In this document: positions 30,250-41,539 of the stretch, in pieces
Numbering within the stretch: position 1 is the stretch's first letter
Layout: each line of letters starts with the position of its first letter
Origin: a virus
Taxonomy: Duplodnaviria > Caudoviricetes
Reading direction: 5' to 3' (one strand)
Length of the DNA: 64,000 nucleotides
IMG/VR virus record: IMGVR_UViG_3300042282_000085
Notes under the pieces: generated by a model
Told to the model about the DNA's origin: nothing
The model's database searches: none
What the model saw: the letters and a program-made list of their open reading frames with translations, nothing else
Translations under genes and position numbers: made by a program

Positions 30250-31187
30250 ACGGACACCTTCGCTTTAATAGCCGGATGCGGATTGTAATCTTCCAGAATA
30301 AAGTCTTCGTATTTATAATCGAAGATTGAATCGGGCTTACGGGCAAACCGCATCTTGGGTAAAGGTCTAGGGTCCCGACTAAGTTGCTCCTGTACAATGG
30401 TGGGGTCCTGGAGGTGGTCCTGGTACAGGTGTGTGTCACCGGTTACATGGATGTACTCGCCCAGCTCTAGGTCACACTGCTGTGCAATCATCATCGTCAA
30501 TAGTGCGTAGGAGGCGATATTAAACGGCGCGCCGAGTTGGCTATCACAGCTACGCTGCAGCATCATGCAGCTTAGTTTGCCATTCTGTACGTAGAACTGA
30601 AAAAACGTATGGCACGCCGGTAGGGCAGCCTTGCCATTACGGACATTGTCCTGAGGGGATATAGATTCATCAGGAAGGTCAGCCGGATTCCAAGCACTGA
30701 CAATAATGCGTCTGGAGTTAGGGTTCGTCTTCAACGTATCGATAACATTTTGAATCTGATTAATGGTACGTCTAACTACCGCTATCGGATGTCCAGTGAC
30801 CTCATCCAACACTAGGCCGTGGTACGTGTATCCCTGCTCAAGGTACCTGGCAATCCCCTCAGGGCGAATCATTTTGGTATCGTCCCAGCTCACCCACTGC
30901 TTGGAGTAGATTGGTCCTAGGCGACCATCCTCCAGTGCCCATTCATCCCAAATGCGTACACCGTTCTCTTTCAGGGTATTGTTGTTGGTATCGCCGGAGA
31001 GGAACCATAAGAGTTCATGGATAATGGATTTAAGGTGAACCTTTTTGGTGGTAAGCAGTGGGAAACCTGCGCTCAGGTCAAAGCGTAGCATGCGACCAAA
31101 GACCGAGCGCGTACCTGTACCTGTACGGTCGCCCTTATCAATGCCGTTGTCCAAGATATCTTGGAGCAGATTTAGATATTGCTGCAT
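30246..31187 (-). CDS. thyA: Thymidylate synthase
   Basis: [38 protein letters not shown] and PFNIASY. Confidence 0.97.
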   Translation of the reverse strand: MQQYLNLLQDILDNGIDKGDRTGTGTRSVFGRMLRFDLSAGFPLLTTKKVHLKSIIHELLWFLSGDTNNNTLKENGVRIWDEWALEDGRLGPIYSKQWVSWDDTKMIRPEGIARYLEQGYTYHGLVLDEVTGHPIAVVRRTINQIQNVIDTLKTNPNSRRIIVSAWNPADLPDESISPQDNVRNGKAALPACHTFFQFYVQNGKLSCMMLQRSCDSQLGAPFNIASYALLTMMIAQQCDLELGEYIHVTGDTHLYQDHLQDPTIVQEQLSRDPRPLPKMRFARKPDSIFDYKYEDFILEDYNPHPAIKAKVSV

Positions 31188-31330
31188 GTGTAGCCCTCAA
31201 TAGCTTTACTGAATTACGATTACGGATGGCAAGGTGTTAACGCGTGGGTCGGGTCCAATTCATCGAGGGTCCGTTGCAGGTCCCCAACAGTTATTATTTC
31301 CATTGCCTCAGTGTCACTCATGGCAACCCC

Positions 31331-31813
31331 TCACAGCTCAAAGGCAATGGCAGGGCTGTGTTCTCCCAACCAACGGGTGAAAGACTTCCTTACTAGGGCA
31401 TGTGCGGATGGAAGATACTCAGCGTCGTCAAAAATCACCACACTCACGCCATCGAACAGACGATGAAGTTCGTCCAAGTCGTTCCGATATAGTTTGCCGA
31501 TCTGTCGCCAAGTAAAGATTAGGTGGCCCTCGTCCAATGCGTCAACTCGGCTCAGAAGGGTTTGAACCTGGGTGGCATCTCGACAAATCAAGGCCACGTC
31601 GCTGCGGCGACCGATGACGTCCATGGCCCACGTGGACTTACCGGACTGACGGGGCAAACGGCTGCCGTAGGTGCGGAGCTCTTGAAAGAACCGACCGGGG
31701 TCGCCCATGGCGTGGCGAAGATCGAGTTCGCGATCGGTACCTATCAACTTTAGGGCGTGCTGTTCAGCGTGCGCCAGCGTTTGATTCAGCATCTCTTTGG
31801 TGGCTTCGTACAT
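31331..31813 (-). CDS. Small protein with terminase-ATPase-like Walker motifs
   Basis: RLPRQSGKST and VVIFDDAE in only 160 aa. Confidence 0.55.
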   Translation of the reverse strand: MYEATKEMLNQTLAHAEQHALKLIGTDRELDLRHAMGDPGRFFQELRTYGSRLPRQSGKSTWAMDVIGRRSDVALICRDATQVQTLLSRVDALDEGHLIFTWRQIGKLYRNDLDELHRLFDGVSVVIFDDAEYLPSAHALVRKSFTRWLGEHSPAIAFEL

Positions 31814-31834
31814 AGCTGCTTCCTTTTCATTGTT

Positions 31835-32041
31835 TTAAACTGGCTGTCCGTCGAGTACTTCCTGCTCATTGTAGACAGGTAGGCAATATCGACATTTCTT
31901 GGTTAGGCTATATGCCCAGGTTTTACCGCCATCTATTGTACATTTGTATCCGTAAACGGAGCGGGTACCTGTGCCTGTACGGTCACCCTTATCGGTGCCA
32001 TTTTCGATAACGTCGGCGGGTAGATCTGGATACTGTTGCAT
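31835..32041 (-). pseudogene. Truncated thyA-like 5' fragment fused to unrelated sequence
   Basis: First 31 aa ([31 protein letters not shown]) align with the ThyA N-terminus, then similarity ends. Confidence 0.7.
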
Positions 32042-32205
32042 TATTTACCCTTATGTTTATTAAAGTGGTCATTTGCGTATTCGATAACGTCAAATAAGGT
32101 ACCGGCAGGCAAGACTGCGCCTGCCTCAGTAAGATACTGGGTGGCAGCTAAATACCCCACCTTGTCTTTCGTAAAGGGCCACTCTGTGTGCTCGTTTACA
32201 TCCAT
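32041..32205 (-). CDS. Small hypothetical protein (54 aa)
   Basis: Below the ORF-track cutoff. MDVNEHTEWPF...HKGK*, with GAGGAG RBS and TAATG overlap with the next ORF. Confidence 0.5.
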   Translation of the reverse strand: MDVNEHTEWPFTKDKVGYLAATQYLTEAGAVLPAGTLFDVIEYANDHFNKHKGK

Positions 32206-32287
32206 CAGATATTCTCCTCACTCTATGGGATAGTCTCCTACCCTATAAAGAAAAAAATAAATGGCTAGGGGCCCTATGGCCCCTTCC

Positions 32288-32785
32288 TTATACGGATAAA
32301 GCAATATCGAACTTTATCCGTCCACGCTTCGTAACTACGGTACCGGTTACTTGACCCAGGTCCTTATCTACCACGATATCGCCACGCGAAACGGCTTGAT
32401 CAAATCCAAGTTTCAGGTTACGATGCACATCGTTCCCTTTAAGAACCTTAGAGACCGTAAAGGGCGATACGTCCAGAATACCAGCCAGGTCTATCTGAGA
32501 GATGCTGTACTCCTTACTCAGCGCGTGTACGACCGCCACAATAAGGGCGTCGGGGTGTTTATCTAAAGAGGTCGTCTCAACCGTAACATTATCAGTTGAC
32601 CCTACAATATCCTTTACCGCCTGCACATCACACTTCAGAGCATCGGCGATGTCTTCCACACTGACATTATGTGCCAGTGCCGCCTCCACCAAACGGTTAC
32701 GTTCACGCACCACGTCATGTACGCGACGACCGACACTGTAAAGTTCTTGTTTAAACTGCTGGCTCTGCAACATACTGTACTCCAT
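32288..32785 (-). CDS. Helix-turn-helix DNA-binding protein
   Basis: SVEDIADALKC and ISQIDLAGILDVSPFTVSKVL HTH-like segments. Confidence 0.6.
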   Translation of the reverse strand: MEYSMLQSQQFKQELYSVGRRVHDVVRERNRLVEAALAHNVSVEDIADALKCDVQAVKDIVGSTDNVTVETTSLDKHPDALIVAVVHALSKEYSISQIDLAGILDVSPFTVSKVLKGNDVHRNLKLGFDQAVSRGDIVVDKDLGQVTGTVVTKRGRIKFDIALSV

Positions 32786-33122
32786 TGTACCAGATTCGAT
32801 AAGGTTCTGGTCTTAATCCATATGGTTTTACAAATACGTACCCACCTTTCAAGGGACTTACGGTTACGCCTAAAGGATAAAGGGCCTCGCTTAAATTTTC
32901 AATTAACCCTCCCTTTAACGTTGTGCGCTTCAGCATAAACTTAAGGTCTTCTTTGGATAAGAAGGTGGTGGGTGATACTGGAGGCGCTGGGACACTTAGA
33001 AAGGTTTGTTGCCGTGCGAGTGCCTGAGATATTGCGGTTCTCTGGTAAATTCCCAGGGCACCGTCTAGAAAGACTAGCAACTCATCGAGCGGCGGCAAGT
33101 CACGCTTACTACTCATACTCAC
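32751..33122 (-). CDS. Hypothetical protein
   Basis: 123-aa ORF in the minus-strand operon. Confidence 0.5.
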   Translation of the reverse strand: MSMSSKRDLPPLDELLVFLDGALGIYQRTAISQALARQQTFLSVPAPPVSPTTFLSKEDLKFMLKRTTLKGGLIENLSEALYPLGVTVSPLKGGYVFVKPYGLRPEPYRIWYNGVQYVAEPAV

Positions 33123-33128
33123 GACCCT

Positions 33129-33395
33129 CTATTCGTTAGTGGGGTTAAGGGTATCGTACCACTCAGCACGAGCACCCTCTATAAAGTCCGGATGAATAGG
33201 AAATGCATCCGCCCGATGGATGCCCTCTGGGTTATCAGGAGAGGTAGACCGATCTACCTTTACAACTGCATAGCCAAGATCACTCCACCAGATATCGGTG
33301 ACTGTTATCGCGTCTCCGGCCTGGATATCATGACTATCCTTACCAGCAATCATTGTGACGGGGGGTAAAAGTTTCATAGTGGTATCCTCATTCAA
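33129..33395 (-). CDS. Hypothetical protein
   Basis: About 82-88 aa; likely ATG at 33377 with GAGG RBS. Confidence 0.55.
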   Translation of the reverse strand: MNEDTTMKLLPPVTMIAGKDSHDIQAGDAITVTDIWWSDLGYAVVKVDRSTSPDNPEGIHRADAFPIHPDFIEGARAEWYDTLNPTNE

Positions 33396-33404
33396 AATGG
33401 ATAG

Positions 33405-33440
33405 CCCTCCCTACCCTAGCCTAGGCTAGGGTAGGGAGGG
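33405..33440. repeat. Perfect 36-bp palindrome
   Basis: CCCTCCCTACCCTAGCCT|AGGCTAGGGTAGGGAGGG, intergenic. Confidence 0.9.
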
Positions 33441-33559
33441 TGAGCCTTTATCGGTACTGCGATTAAACAATCGCATTGTCCTCTTAGAAGGTGGCTCATT
33501 TAATCTAAACACAGTGTTAAAATTAATTAATACTCAAAATAACCCCACCTTAGTCGTGG

Positions 33560-34768
33560 TTAGTAAAGTCCCTCACTATAGAGTTCATTGCCCGACCCAC
33601 CATTGCGTTTAAAGTCAACGGGCTGACCAGCAGCTAGCGCCACCAGCAACGCCTCATGGCGATCCATGTACGTTTCCCATTGATCAATGAAGCCTTGTTC
33701 CCACTTACGATCATCCACGTAACCTAATTTAAGGTAGGCCTCTGCTTGAACGTGCATAGTGGGACAGAAGTGACGTGGGCCGACCAACATATAGTCACCG
33801 TTTCTACAGGCAGCACATACGACCTTACGCAGAGGCACTTCGGAAACAGACGCCTGTAGCGGTGCTGCGTACAGAACCACCTTAGCGGTCTTACGGTCCC
33901 GAACTCCCATCAGAAGCACAGGGTAGGGTAGGTCCTCCAAGGGCGATTCTTTACCACCAACCAATACAGGGGTGCGCTCTACTGGATAGCCTTTATCCAC
34001 CGTGTGACTATCCAAATTACAGTGGATGTGGTCCAATAGACCGATGGCTACTTTAAGGTTTACCACCGAGTAAATTCCCTTAACAACCTCTGTATGCGGT
34101 GTGTCATGCTGCACTGACCGCAGCTCATCCGGCAAGTCGCGATCATGCGGATCCAGCTCCATGAAACGCTGAAGCGCAGCCTTCAACTGATCCCGCTCTT
34201 GTTCTGCTTCAAAAAGGCGCTTAATTGATACAAGGTGCGTATCTGAAGCTACAACTTCACGCAATCGCTCCACCTCAGCCTGCAGCGGTGCCATGAGTGC
34301 CTCTGCAAACTCATACACATACGGGTTTAGGTCTTCGGATCCATGCGGCTGGGTTTTCAGTTTGAAGCCATTGGCCAGGACAAGTTCCTTGACCTGTTCA
34401 CGCTGCACCGTCTTTTCTCCTCTCCGGAAAGGCACTACCCAGCGACTGTAGCTCTTGGAGTAGTTGTACCAATTCCCATCGCCAAAGCACAGGCCCCAGG
34501 CGTTGTAGGAATTGTTCTCGGTAGAGGACCAGGCGTATTCAATAGACTGCACAGATGCTACAGTTCGGGCGTCGTAAAGTGCATCTAAGATCATCCTATC
34601 GGGCAATTCATACCCAAGCCCATGACAGTATGCCACACCCTCATGCCAATCACACTCTCTCCACAGTGACTGAGGGGCTACGGCCCAATACTCCGTATCC
34701 GTGATATGGAAAACAGTATCTCCGTTATCCAGCACTGCGCCAACCTCAATTGCATTGCTACTAGTCAT
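33560..34768 (-). CDS. Mosaic protein: N-terminal CLec-like DGR-target domain fused to unrelated phage modules
   Basis: Residues ~1-117 (GAVLDNGD..WAVAPQS..YC.GLGYELP..YAWSSTE..AW..WVVPFRR) are homologous to the C-terminal domains of 57902 and 59906; the remainder is unrelated. Confidence 0.75.
   Translation of the reverse strand: MTSSNAIEVGAVLDNGDTVFHITDTEYWAVAPQSLWRECDWHEGVAYCHGLGYELPDRMILDALYDARTVASVQSIEYAWSSTENNSYNAWGLCFGDGNWYNYSKSYSRWVVPFRRGEKTVQREQVKELVLANGFKLKTQPHGSEDLNPYVYEFAEALMAPLQAEVERLREVVASDTHLVSIKRLFEAEQERDQLKAALQRFMELDPHDRDLPDELRSVQHDTPHTEVVKGIYSVVNLKVAIGLLDHIHCNLDSHTVDKGYPVERTPVLVGGKESPLEDLPYPVLLMGVRDRKTAKVVLYAAPLQASVSEVPLRKVVCAACRNGDYMLVGPRHFCPTMHVQAEAYLKLGYVDDRKWEQGFIDQWETYMDRHEALLVALAAGQPVDFKRNGGSGNELYSEGLY
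34421..34537 (-). repeat. DGR-type variable repeat copy 3 (VR3)
   Basis: 117 bp, ungapped match to VR1/VR2 with differences only at codon positions 1/2. Confidence 0.85.
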
Positions 34769-34770
34769 AG

Positions 34771-35019
34771 TTAAGTCCTTCGTTTACCCATCGGTATAAT
34801 TGACCACCAACCTACCTTCACTACCATCGTAATCATCGTCACCTCAGCGATTACCATAATGAAGGAAAAGTAAAAGGCGGCTTTGTATTTGCCGCCCACT
34901 ACATTCTGGCTTTGAAACCCACGTATAAAGACATAGGTGAAAGTGGATAAAAGTTGAATGAGATAAGACATCACGCCCATCCTACTGTATAAGTGACACC
35001 GCTCTAAATTCTTGCGCAA
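34771..35019 (-). CDS. Small membrane protein, possibly truncated
   Basis: Two hydrophobic segments; ends abruptly IIPMGKRRT two nt before the next start. Confidence 0.5.
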   Translation of the reverse strand: MRKNLERCHLYSRMGVMSYLIQLLSTFTYVFIRGFQSQNVVGGKYKAAFYFSFIMVIAEVTMITMVVKVGWWSIIPMGKRRT

Positions 35020-35026
35020 TCTTTAA

Positions 35027-35299
35027 TCAATCTATCGATTTGAGATAGATTCCTTTACCCGGCAGAAAATAAATATGCTGATAGAGCGTAATCAGCGGCT
35101 CCAGGTCCAAATCAAAGTGGACGCTGTTATAGTGTCCCTCATACCCCTCCAGCGTTAGGTTGGTGGAACTATTGCCCATTTCTATGGCGGTAACACGACA
35201 GACGTCCCCCACCGCAACGGAGGCGGGTGGTGTACCGGCGGGCGTATCGTGTCTACTGATGCACTTGGTTTCAATGGGTCGATTCAATGTAAAGCGCAT
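35027..35299 (-). CDS. Hypothetical protein
   Basis: 90 aa with GAGG RBS. Confidence 0.6.
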   Translation of the reverse strand: MRFTLNRPIETKCISRHDTPAGTPPASVAVGDVCRVTAIEMGNSSTNLTLEGYEGHYNSVHFDLDLEPLITLYQHIYFLPGKGIYLKSID

Positions 35300-35323
35300 A
35301 TCGTACCTCTACGTGTCTTTCGG

Positions 35324-35863
35324 TTAAGGGTTAACGGTGATGTCGACAGTGTAGCAGCTCTCTGTGTGACTATGATGTTCACAGAAGCTCTGGGCGGTGG
35401 GTGAGTGGGTACCGTCACTGTAAAAACAGTTTGTACCACTGCCCTTACGAACCTCATATGCCAGCTGCACGGATTGAGTAAAGAAGCCCTCCACCGGATC
35501 GTTCGGTGTGGTCGGGGTGTTCAGCACGAGATAGCCTGATACTGGCGGTTTATAGGCAACAACCGCTGGATTGTTGACCTCCCAATAGAAGACTTCCCAA
35601 TACCCAAAGAGTGAATAGCCCATGCAGCGATACAGGTGTCGGTACACTTCACTGTTCTTACCGTGCCCCAACGCATGCAGCAGAGGAACAAGGTCGTTTA
35701 ATGACAGAGGTAACAGGGCGGCCTCTACCTCCGGATCAGGCATCCACCGCAGGGTGCCCTGCGGGTCTCGGATGATGGGGTGGTTGTGATGGGCCTCCGT
35801 CGCCATCATCTCCTGGTATTCTTCCGGCAGTGCCTCGCGTGGCACAATCTCGTAAGTACCCAT
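35324..35863 (-). CDS. Hypothetical protein
   Basis: 179 aa, TAATG-coupled to the upstream ORF. Confidence 0.6.
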   Translation of the reverse strand: MGTYEIVPREALPEEYQEMMATEAHHNHPIIRDPQGTLRWMPDPEVEAALLPLSLNDLVPLLHALGHGKNSEVYRHLYRCMGYSLFGYWEVFYWEVNNPAVVAYKPPVSGYLVLNTPTTPNDPVEGFFTQSVQLAYEVRKGSGTNCFYSDGTHSPTAQSFCEHHSHTESCYTVDITVNP

Positions 35864-36249
35864 TACTGTTCTCCCTTTTCACTACCTTTGGCAGTATGGA
35901 CGACGTAATCGACTATGTCCCCCATCGCCTTGGACCCCTTGAAGTGCCCGCCTGTATCCCTGCACATAGCAGCCCACTCCTCACACATCTGCCGCCAGTC
36001 CCCGGTACTCTGTGGCAGATAGAAGTCCTCCAGATTAGGGTTATCTTTAACAACCTCCCCATCTTTCACTACCATACGGTAGCGGGCCCAGCGGCTCACG
36101 GACACCGTAAATCCAGGGTTTTCTTTGGACAGCTCAATAAGAGCTTCCTTACTAATGTGGTCACAAAACCAATCCTTGTTACCGCCCCGATCTACGGGAT
36201 GTACTACCTCTATATGAAAACGACTGTTCAAATCTGAATACTCGGACAT
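35863..36249 (-). CDS. Hypothetical protein
   Basis: 128 aa with AGGAG RBS; first gene after an early promoter motif. Confidence 0.62.
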   Translation of the reverse strand: MSEYSDLNSRFHIEVVHPVDRGGNKDWFCDHISKEALIELSKENPGFTVSVSRWARYRMVVKDGEVVKDNPNLEDFYLPQSTGDWRQMCEEWAAMCRDTGGHFKGSKAMGDIVDYVVHTAKGSEKGEQ

Positions 36250-36284
36250 GTTTACTCTCCTTAGAGTTAGGTATAGTCCCTAAG

Positions 36285-36298
36285 GTAATATAGGTTTT
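36285..36298 (-). promoter_or_regulatory. phiKZ-type early promoter (AAAACCTATATTAC)
   Basis: Identical over AAGGTAATATAGGTTTT (+ strand) to the 19809 site; drives the operon containing VR3. Confidence 0.72.
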
Positions 36299-36414
36299 CG
36301 TTAATCTAGAATAGTTAATCTAAAGAAAAAAAAAGAGGAGTATCCTCTTTTAGTGCTGGAGCCAGGCCTCCAGCTTCGCAATGTCACCCTGGTCTTTATT
36401 CCGTAGGCACGCTG

Positions 36415-38241
<1,827 letters not shown>

Positions 38242-38257
38242 CTATGTCATCCTAACA

Positions 38258-38270
38258 GTAATATAGGTTT
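38258..38270 (-). promoter_or_regulatory. phiKZ-type early promoter (AAACCTATATTAC)
   Basis: Exact motif about 50 nt upstream of ligA. Confidence 0.68.
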
Positions 38271-38562
38271 GTAGATACTACGACTCCATAGTCTATACTA
38301 CCCTCTATCCTACTAACAGTCATAAACCCCTATACCCCTCTAATGGGGATATAGGGTTATACCAGTATACTTATTAGTACAGTAGTAGTAGAGAGCATGG
38401 GTAGTACTCTATACTGTGGTAAATAATGTCCCTCCCTCATCTACTTACCTGCTCCGTTCCTATCCTTCGTTTCACTCAGTCTAGTCACTCCACAGCCGTA
38501 GCTGGGAAGGGGCTCTTTTTAGTACATCATCACAGACTACTGTTAAAATAAATAAATACCTA

Positions 38563-38588
38563 TACTCCTCCCCTTAGAGGGAGGAGTA
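38563..38588 (-). terminator. Intrinsic terminator
   Basis: TACTCCTCCC-CTTAGA-GGGAGGAGTA downstream of the 38601 stop, with a U-rich tract on the minus strand. Confidence 0.6.
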
Positions 38589-38600
38589 CAGTAGAGTTTA

Positions 38601-39929
38601 CTATTTAAGGTTACTGATACCTTTACCAGTAGCACCTACCAAAGCAGAGGCTACAGCTCCACCGTGGCGATAGAGTTCACGAGAGGTTATGCTCAAGGTA
38701 TTGCTCCAACGACGGATCATTATAATGCTGATGGTTGAAGGACGCATACTCGGTACCAAGGTACCAGCTAGCAGCAGTGCCAATTCTCGAGGAGGGAGTT
38801 TACGTAATCCATCTAAGGATGCCTTATGCTTGTCCATCACTGCAATGTTTGCTTTATGCTCCTGCTTCAGGTTAATCATCCCTTTAATAAGGTCTCCTGT
38901 AGCACGGTTAAGGTCCTCCAGATCCTTTTTAGAAGGCGCATTTGTCACAAAGCTATTAGACGCTTGTTTGTTTGCACGGTAGTCCGCCCTCATATCGAAT
39001 AGGTAAAGACGACCATACTCAGTAGAGTCGCCCTTAGGCTTACCGATAGAGGCCACGATGCGGATGCCACCCATCAAAGCATTCTTAGAAGCCATAAACT
39101 CCTTACTGAACAGGGCACTGGAAATAGCACCGAAGATACCCTTAGGCTCTGTGGTAACCGCTAGACCGTAATGCGACAGGATGGCTTTCTGTGCTGCCTC
39201 CATACGGTTATTGCGACTGTTAGTATTGCCTTCATCCTTAGACGCCTCCATAGCTACGTCCATCGCATCCCGTAGGGCGGACATATCGCTCCACTGCAGG
39301 ATGCCCTTTGTGAAGTCAGCCACATCCTTAGCGGTGGGGATAGCCTGCTTCTTACCCGGGATATAAAGATGCTTACCATTCTTGATCTTGAGGGTATCAT
39401 TCTTAGGTACATTGCCAATGCGACTCAAATCCGCGCGCTGTGCATCGACGCGTTTCTGAATGCCATTGAGGCGTGCGAAGAAGACGTCCCCAAACTTATT
39501 TAGGGCGTCTATATACCCTTCATAGAAAGCACCGAATTTCTTGATCACGCGCTGAACTGCGTCGCCGACACCCTCCATTGCGATATGCAAGTCAGCTGAG
39601 AGACTATCATTAGACTCGAAGGCAGGCGTAGCGATTGGCCATTCCTCGTCACAGAAAGCGAGGAGAGTAGTGGCCTGGTCATAGTACATCTGACCCATTT
39701 CCATAGAAACCGGAGTCTCAGTATCCTTAAGACGCGCATCCATCTTAAGGTAGAGATCCGACAACCCTTCAAGGGCAAACCCCATGCGGTCCAAGGCATC
39801 GGCGGTTTCTTCCAACGCGATGACTTCACTGGAGAGGTCATAATCCTCTTCATCCATGAAGCTATAAACCTCCACGTCATCGGTAAGGCTTTCCTGTGCA
39901 ATCGCTTGTGCAAGTATATTTTTCAACAT
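38601..39929 (-). CDS. Inner head protein with an acidic propeptide
   Basis: Acidic N-terminal ~120 aa with repeated AQES, ALEE, ALEG, SMEM, AFES and AMEG protease motifs, then a basic mature domain. Confidence 0.7.
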   Translation of the reverse strand: MLKNILAQAIAQESLTDDVEVYSFMDEEDYDLSSEVIALEETADALDRMGFALEGLSDLYLKMDARLKDTETPVSMEMGQMYYDQATTLLAFCDEEWPIATPAFESNDSLSADLHIAMEGVGDAVQRVIKKFGAFYEGYIDALNKFGDVFFARLNGIQKRVDAQRADLSRIGNVPKNDTLKIKNGKHLYIPGKKQAIPTAKDVADFTKGILQWSDMSALRDAMDVAMEASKDEGNTNSRNNRMEAAQKAILSHYGLAVTTEPKGIFGAISSALFSKEFMASKNALMGGIRIVASIGKPKGDSTEYGRLYLFDMRADYRANKQASNSFVTNAPSKKDLEDLNRATGDLIKGMINLKQEHKANIAVMDKHKASLDGLRKLPPRELALLLAGTLVPSMRPSTISIIMIRRWSNTLSITSRELYRHGGAVASALVGATGKGISNLK

Positions 39930-39994
39930 TGTTTTAAGTTCCTTTGTAGTGGGACCGTAAGTTCCTTAGCTAAGGTTTAACTTTAACGGGGGAG

Positions 39995-40939
39995 TTAATC
40001 TGCCTTTAACGACTGCATGCACCATCTGATAGCGAAGATACAGTAGTCGGCGTGGTCGTACCAGTCCCATAGGCCACCCACAAACCCATTAAGGTCTTGG
40101 TCCAGCGCTTGGTGGTAGAACACATCATAGAACTTATCGTACGCATGTTCAAAGTTTTCTTGGAACCGCTCATTGAACTCGGAGCCATCACTGTGATCAC
40201 CACCCATAACGGTGACAAAACTCTCCATGTCCACATTTGTAATGGTATCTGCAATCCATTTACCCACCTTTACAATGTCGTCGACAGTGGCTGACGGGAC
40301 CGACGCCAGTTGATCCAATTTCGGTTTTACAATGACCTTGGGCATTCGCCCATCCTTAATAAGGACATGGTTGCCCGGCATAGCTGGGGAAGGTAACTTA
40401 GCACGCTCGATGGGCCGCTTTAGTTTTTGGTAATCTGCAATGGCTCTCTTTACCGCAGCATCTACCTTATCTTCATCTTCAGTATTGGTTACGATATTCT
40501 CCACCCAACTAATGATCTCACTGATCGCCGCGTCTATATCTTCGGCATACCCGCGCAAGGTAGACATATACGGTACATATACTGTCTCGAAATAGTCAAT
40601 GGCTGTGGCGGGTGTAACAACCTTCCCATTAATCTGGAACAAGGCCTGATTAACTGGCGCCACCGTCTCGGCCATGTTTTCCCGAAAACGCTTACGTACC
40701 CAGCGCTCGTTACCTAAGGTATCCTTTACCATGGAAGCGAGCTTGCGATAATTGCGCTTAGTGATAACTTCCTCTAACTCTTTACCATTAGGACTGGTAT
40801 CAAAGAGGTCTTTAACCTTTTCCAGAAGACCTTCCATGGAGACACTTTCTATCTCCTCCATGTACGCCTCCAGCGGCCCCTTATCTAAATCTATTTCCAT
40901 ACCCCTGTTTGTGTACTGTGTGAGAATGTTCTTCAACAT
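39995..40939 (-). CDS. Putative inner head protein
   Basis: MLKNIL start shared with the neighbour; VSMEGLLEKVKDLF motif. Confidence 0.65.
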   Translation of the reverse strand: MLKNILTQYTNRGMEIDLDKGPLEAYMEEIESVSMEGLLEKVKDLFDTSPNGKELEEVITKRNYRKLASMVKDTLGNERWVRKRFRENMAETVAPVNQALFQINGKVVTPATAIDYFETVYVPYMSTLRGYAEDIDAAISEIISWVENIVTNTEDEDKVDAAVKRAIADYQKLKRPIERAKLPSPAMPGNHVLIKDGRMPKVIVKPKLDQLASVPSATVDDIVKVGKWIADTITNVDMESFVTVMGGDHSDGSEFNERFQENFEHAYDKFYDVFYHQALDQDLNGFVGGLWDWYDHADYCIFAIRWCMQSLKAD

Positions 40940-40984
40940 TGTTTTAGGTTCCTTTGTAATTAGAAAGGTTTGCTCTTGCAGATA

Positions 40985-41539
40985 TTACCATTCATACCAT
41001 GATTCCATGGAAGGTAGGTCTTTTATAACGTTTACCGGCCACGGTAGCCACCCGTAGGGCTCCTTACCAGAACGGTCGTCAAAGGCGTAATAGTACAGCT
41101 TGTCGCTAGACTTTGGCACTTCAATTTCTACACGGCCCAGATATTCCATATATGTTGGATCTATGATCCCATGTTCTTCAGTAATATGCGCGTCATGAAT
41201 GGCTCTTTGTTCGGTGAATGCCTTCGGCAGTATAATGCGTTCCCGTCCAGTAAACCTTGGCTTATACACGGCAAACGTCATCTTAGATCGCCCTCTTCCA
41301 CCAAATAGATGTTTAACATTGGCGTAGATAGCTTGAAAGCATTGCTCGATGGTCGGCGACACAGATATTTTAGCGATTACTGTTTCAGTAACCAAATCAA
41401 CGTTTTCCTCCGTGTAGTCGCCATCTGGCTCTACAGGCGTCCACCTTCCTTCAGGATCATGGTTAGTGCGACTGTGGTAGAGGTCAGGTAGGTTTCTATT
41501 TACACGTATCGCCAGGCGTATTAAATCCTCACCGTTCAT
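40985..41539 (-). CDS. Hypothetical protein with C-terminal PSMESWYEW
   Basis: 184 aa; ISVSPTIEQCF and HDAHITEEH motifs. Confidence 0.6.
   Translation of the reverse strand: MNGEDLIRLAIRVNRNLPDLYHSRTNHDPEGRWTPVEPDGDYTEENVDLVTETVIAKISVSPTIEQCFQAIYANVKHLFGGRGRSKMTFAVYKPRFTGRERIILPKAFTEQRAIHDAHITEEHGIIDPTYMEYLGRVEIEVPKSSDKLYYYAFDDRSGKEPYGWLPWPVNVIKDLPSMESWYEW

Noticed and set aside
34421-34537. VR3 as the DGR template repeat
   Set aside because: It has non-A bases at many variable sites (GGC, TGC, TCC, AGC, CGC, GAT) where other copies have A, so it cannot be the template.
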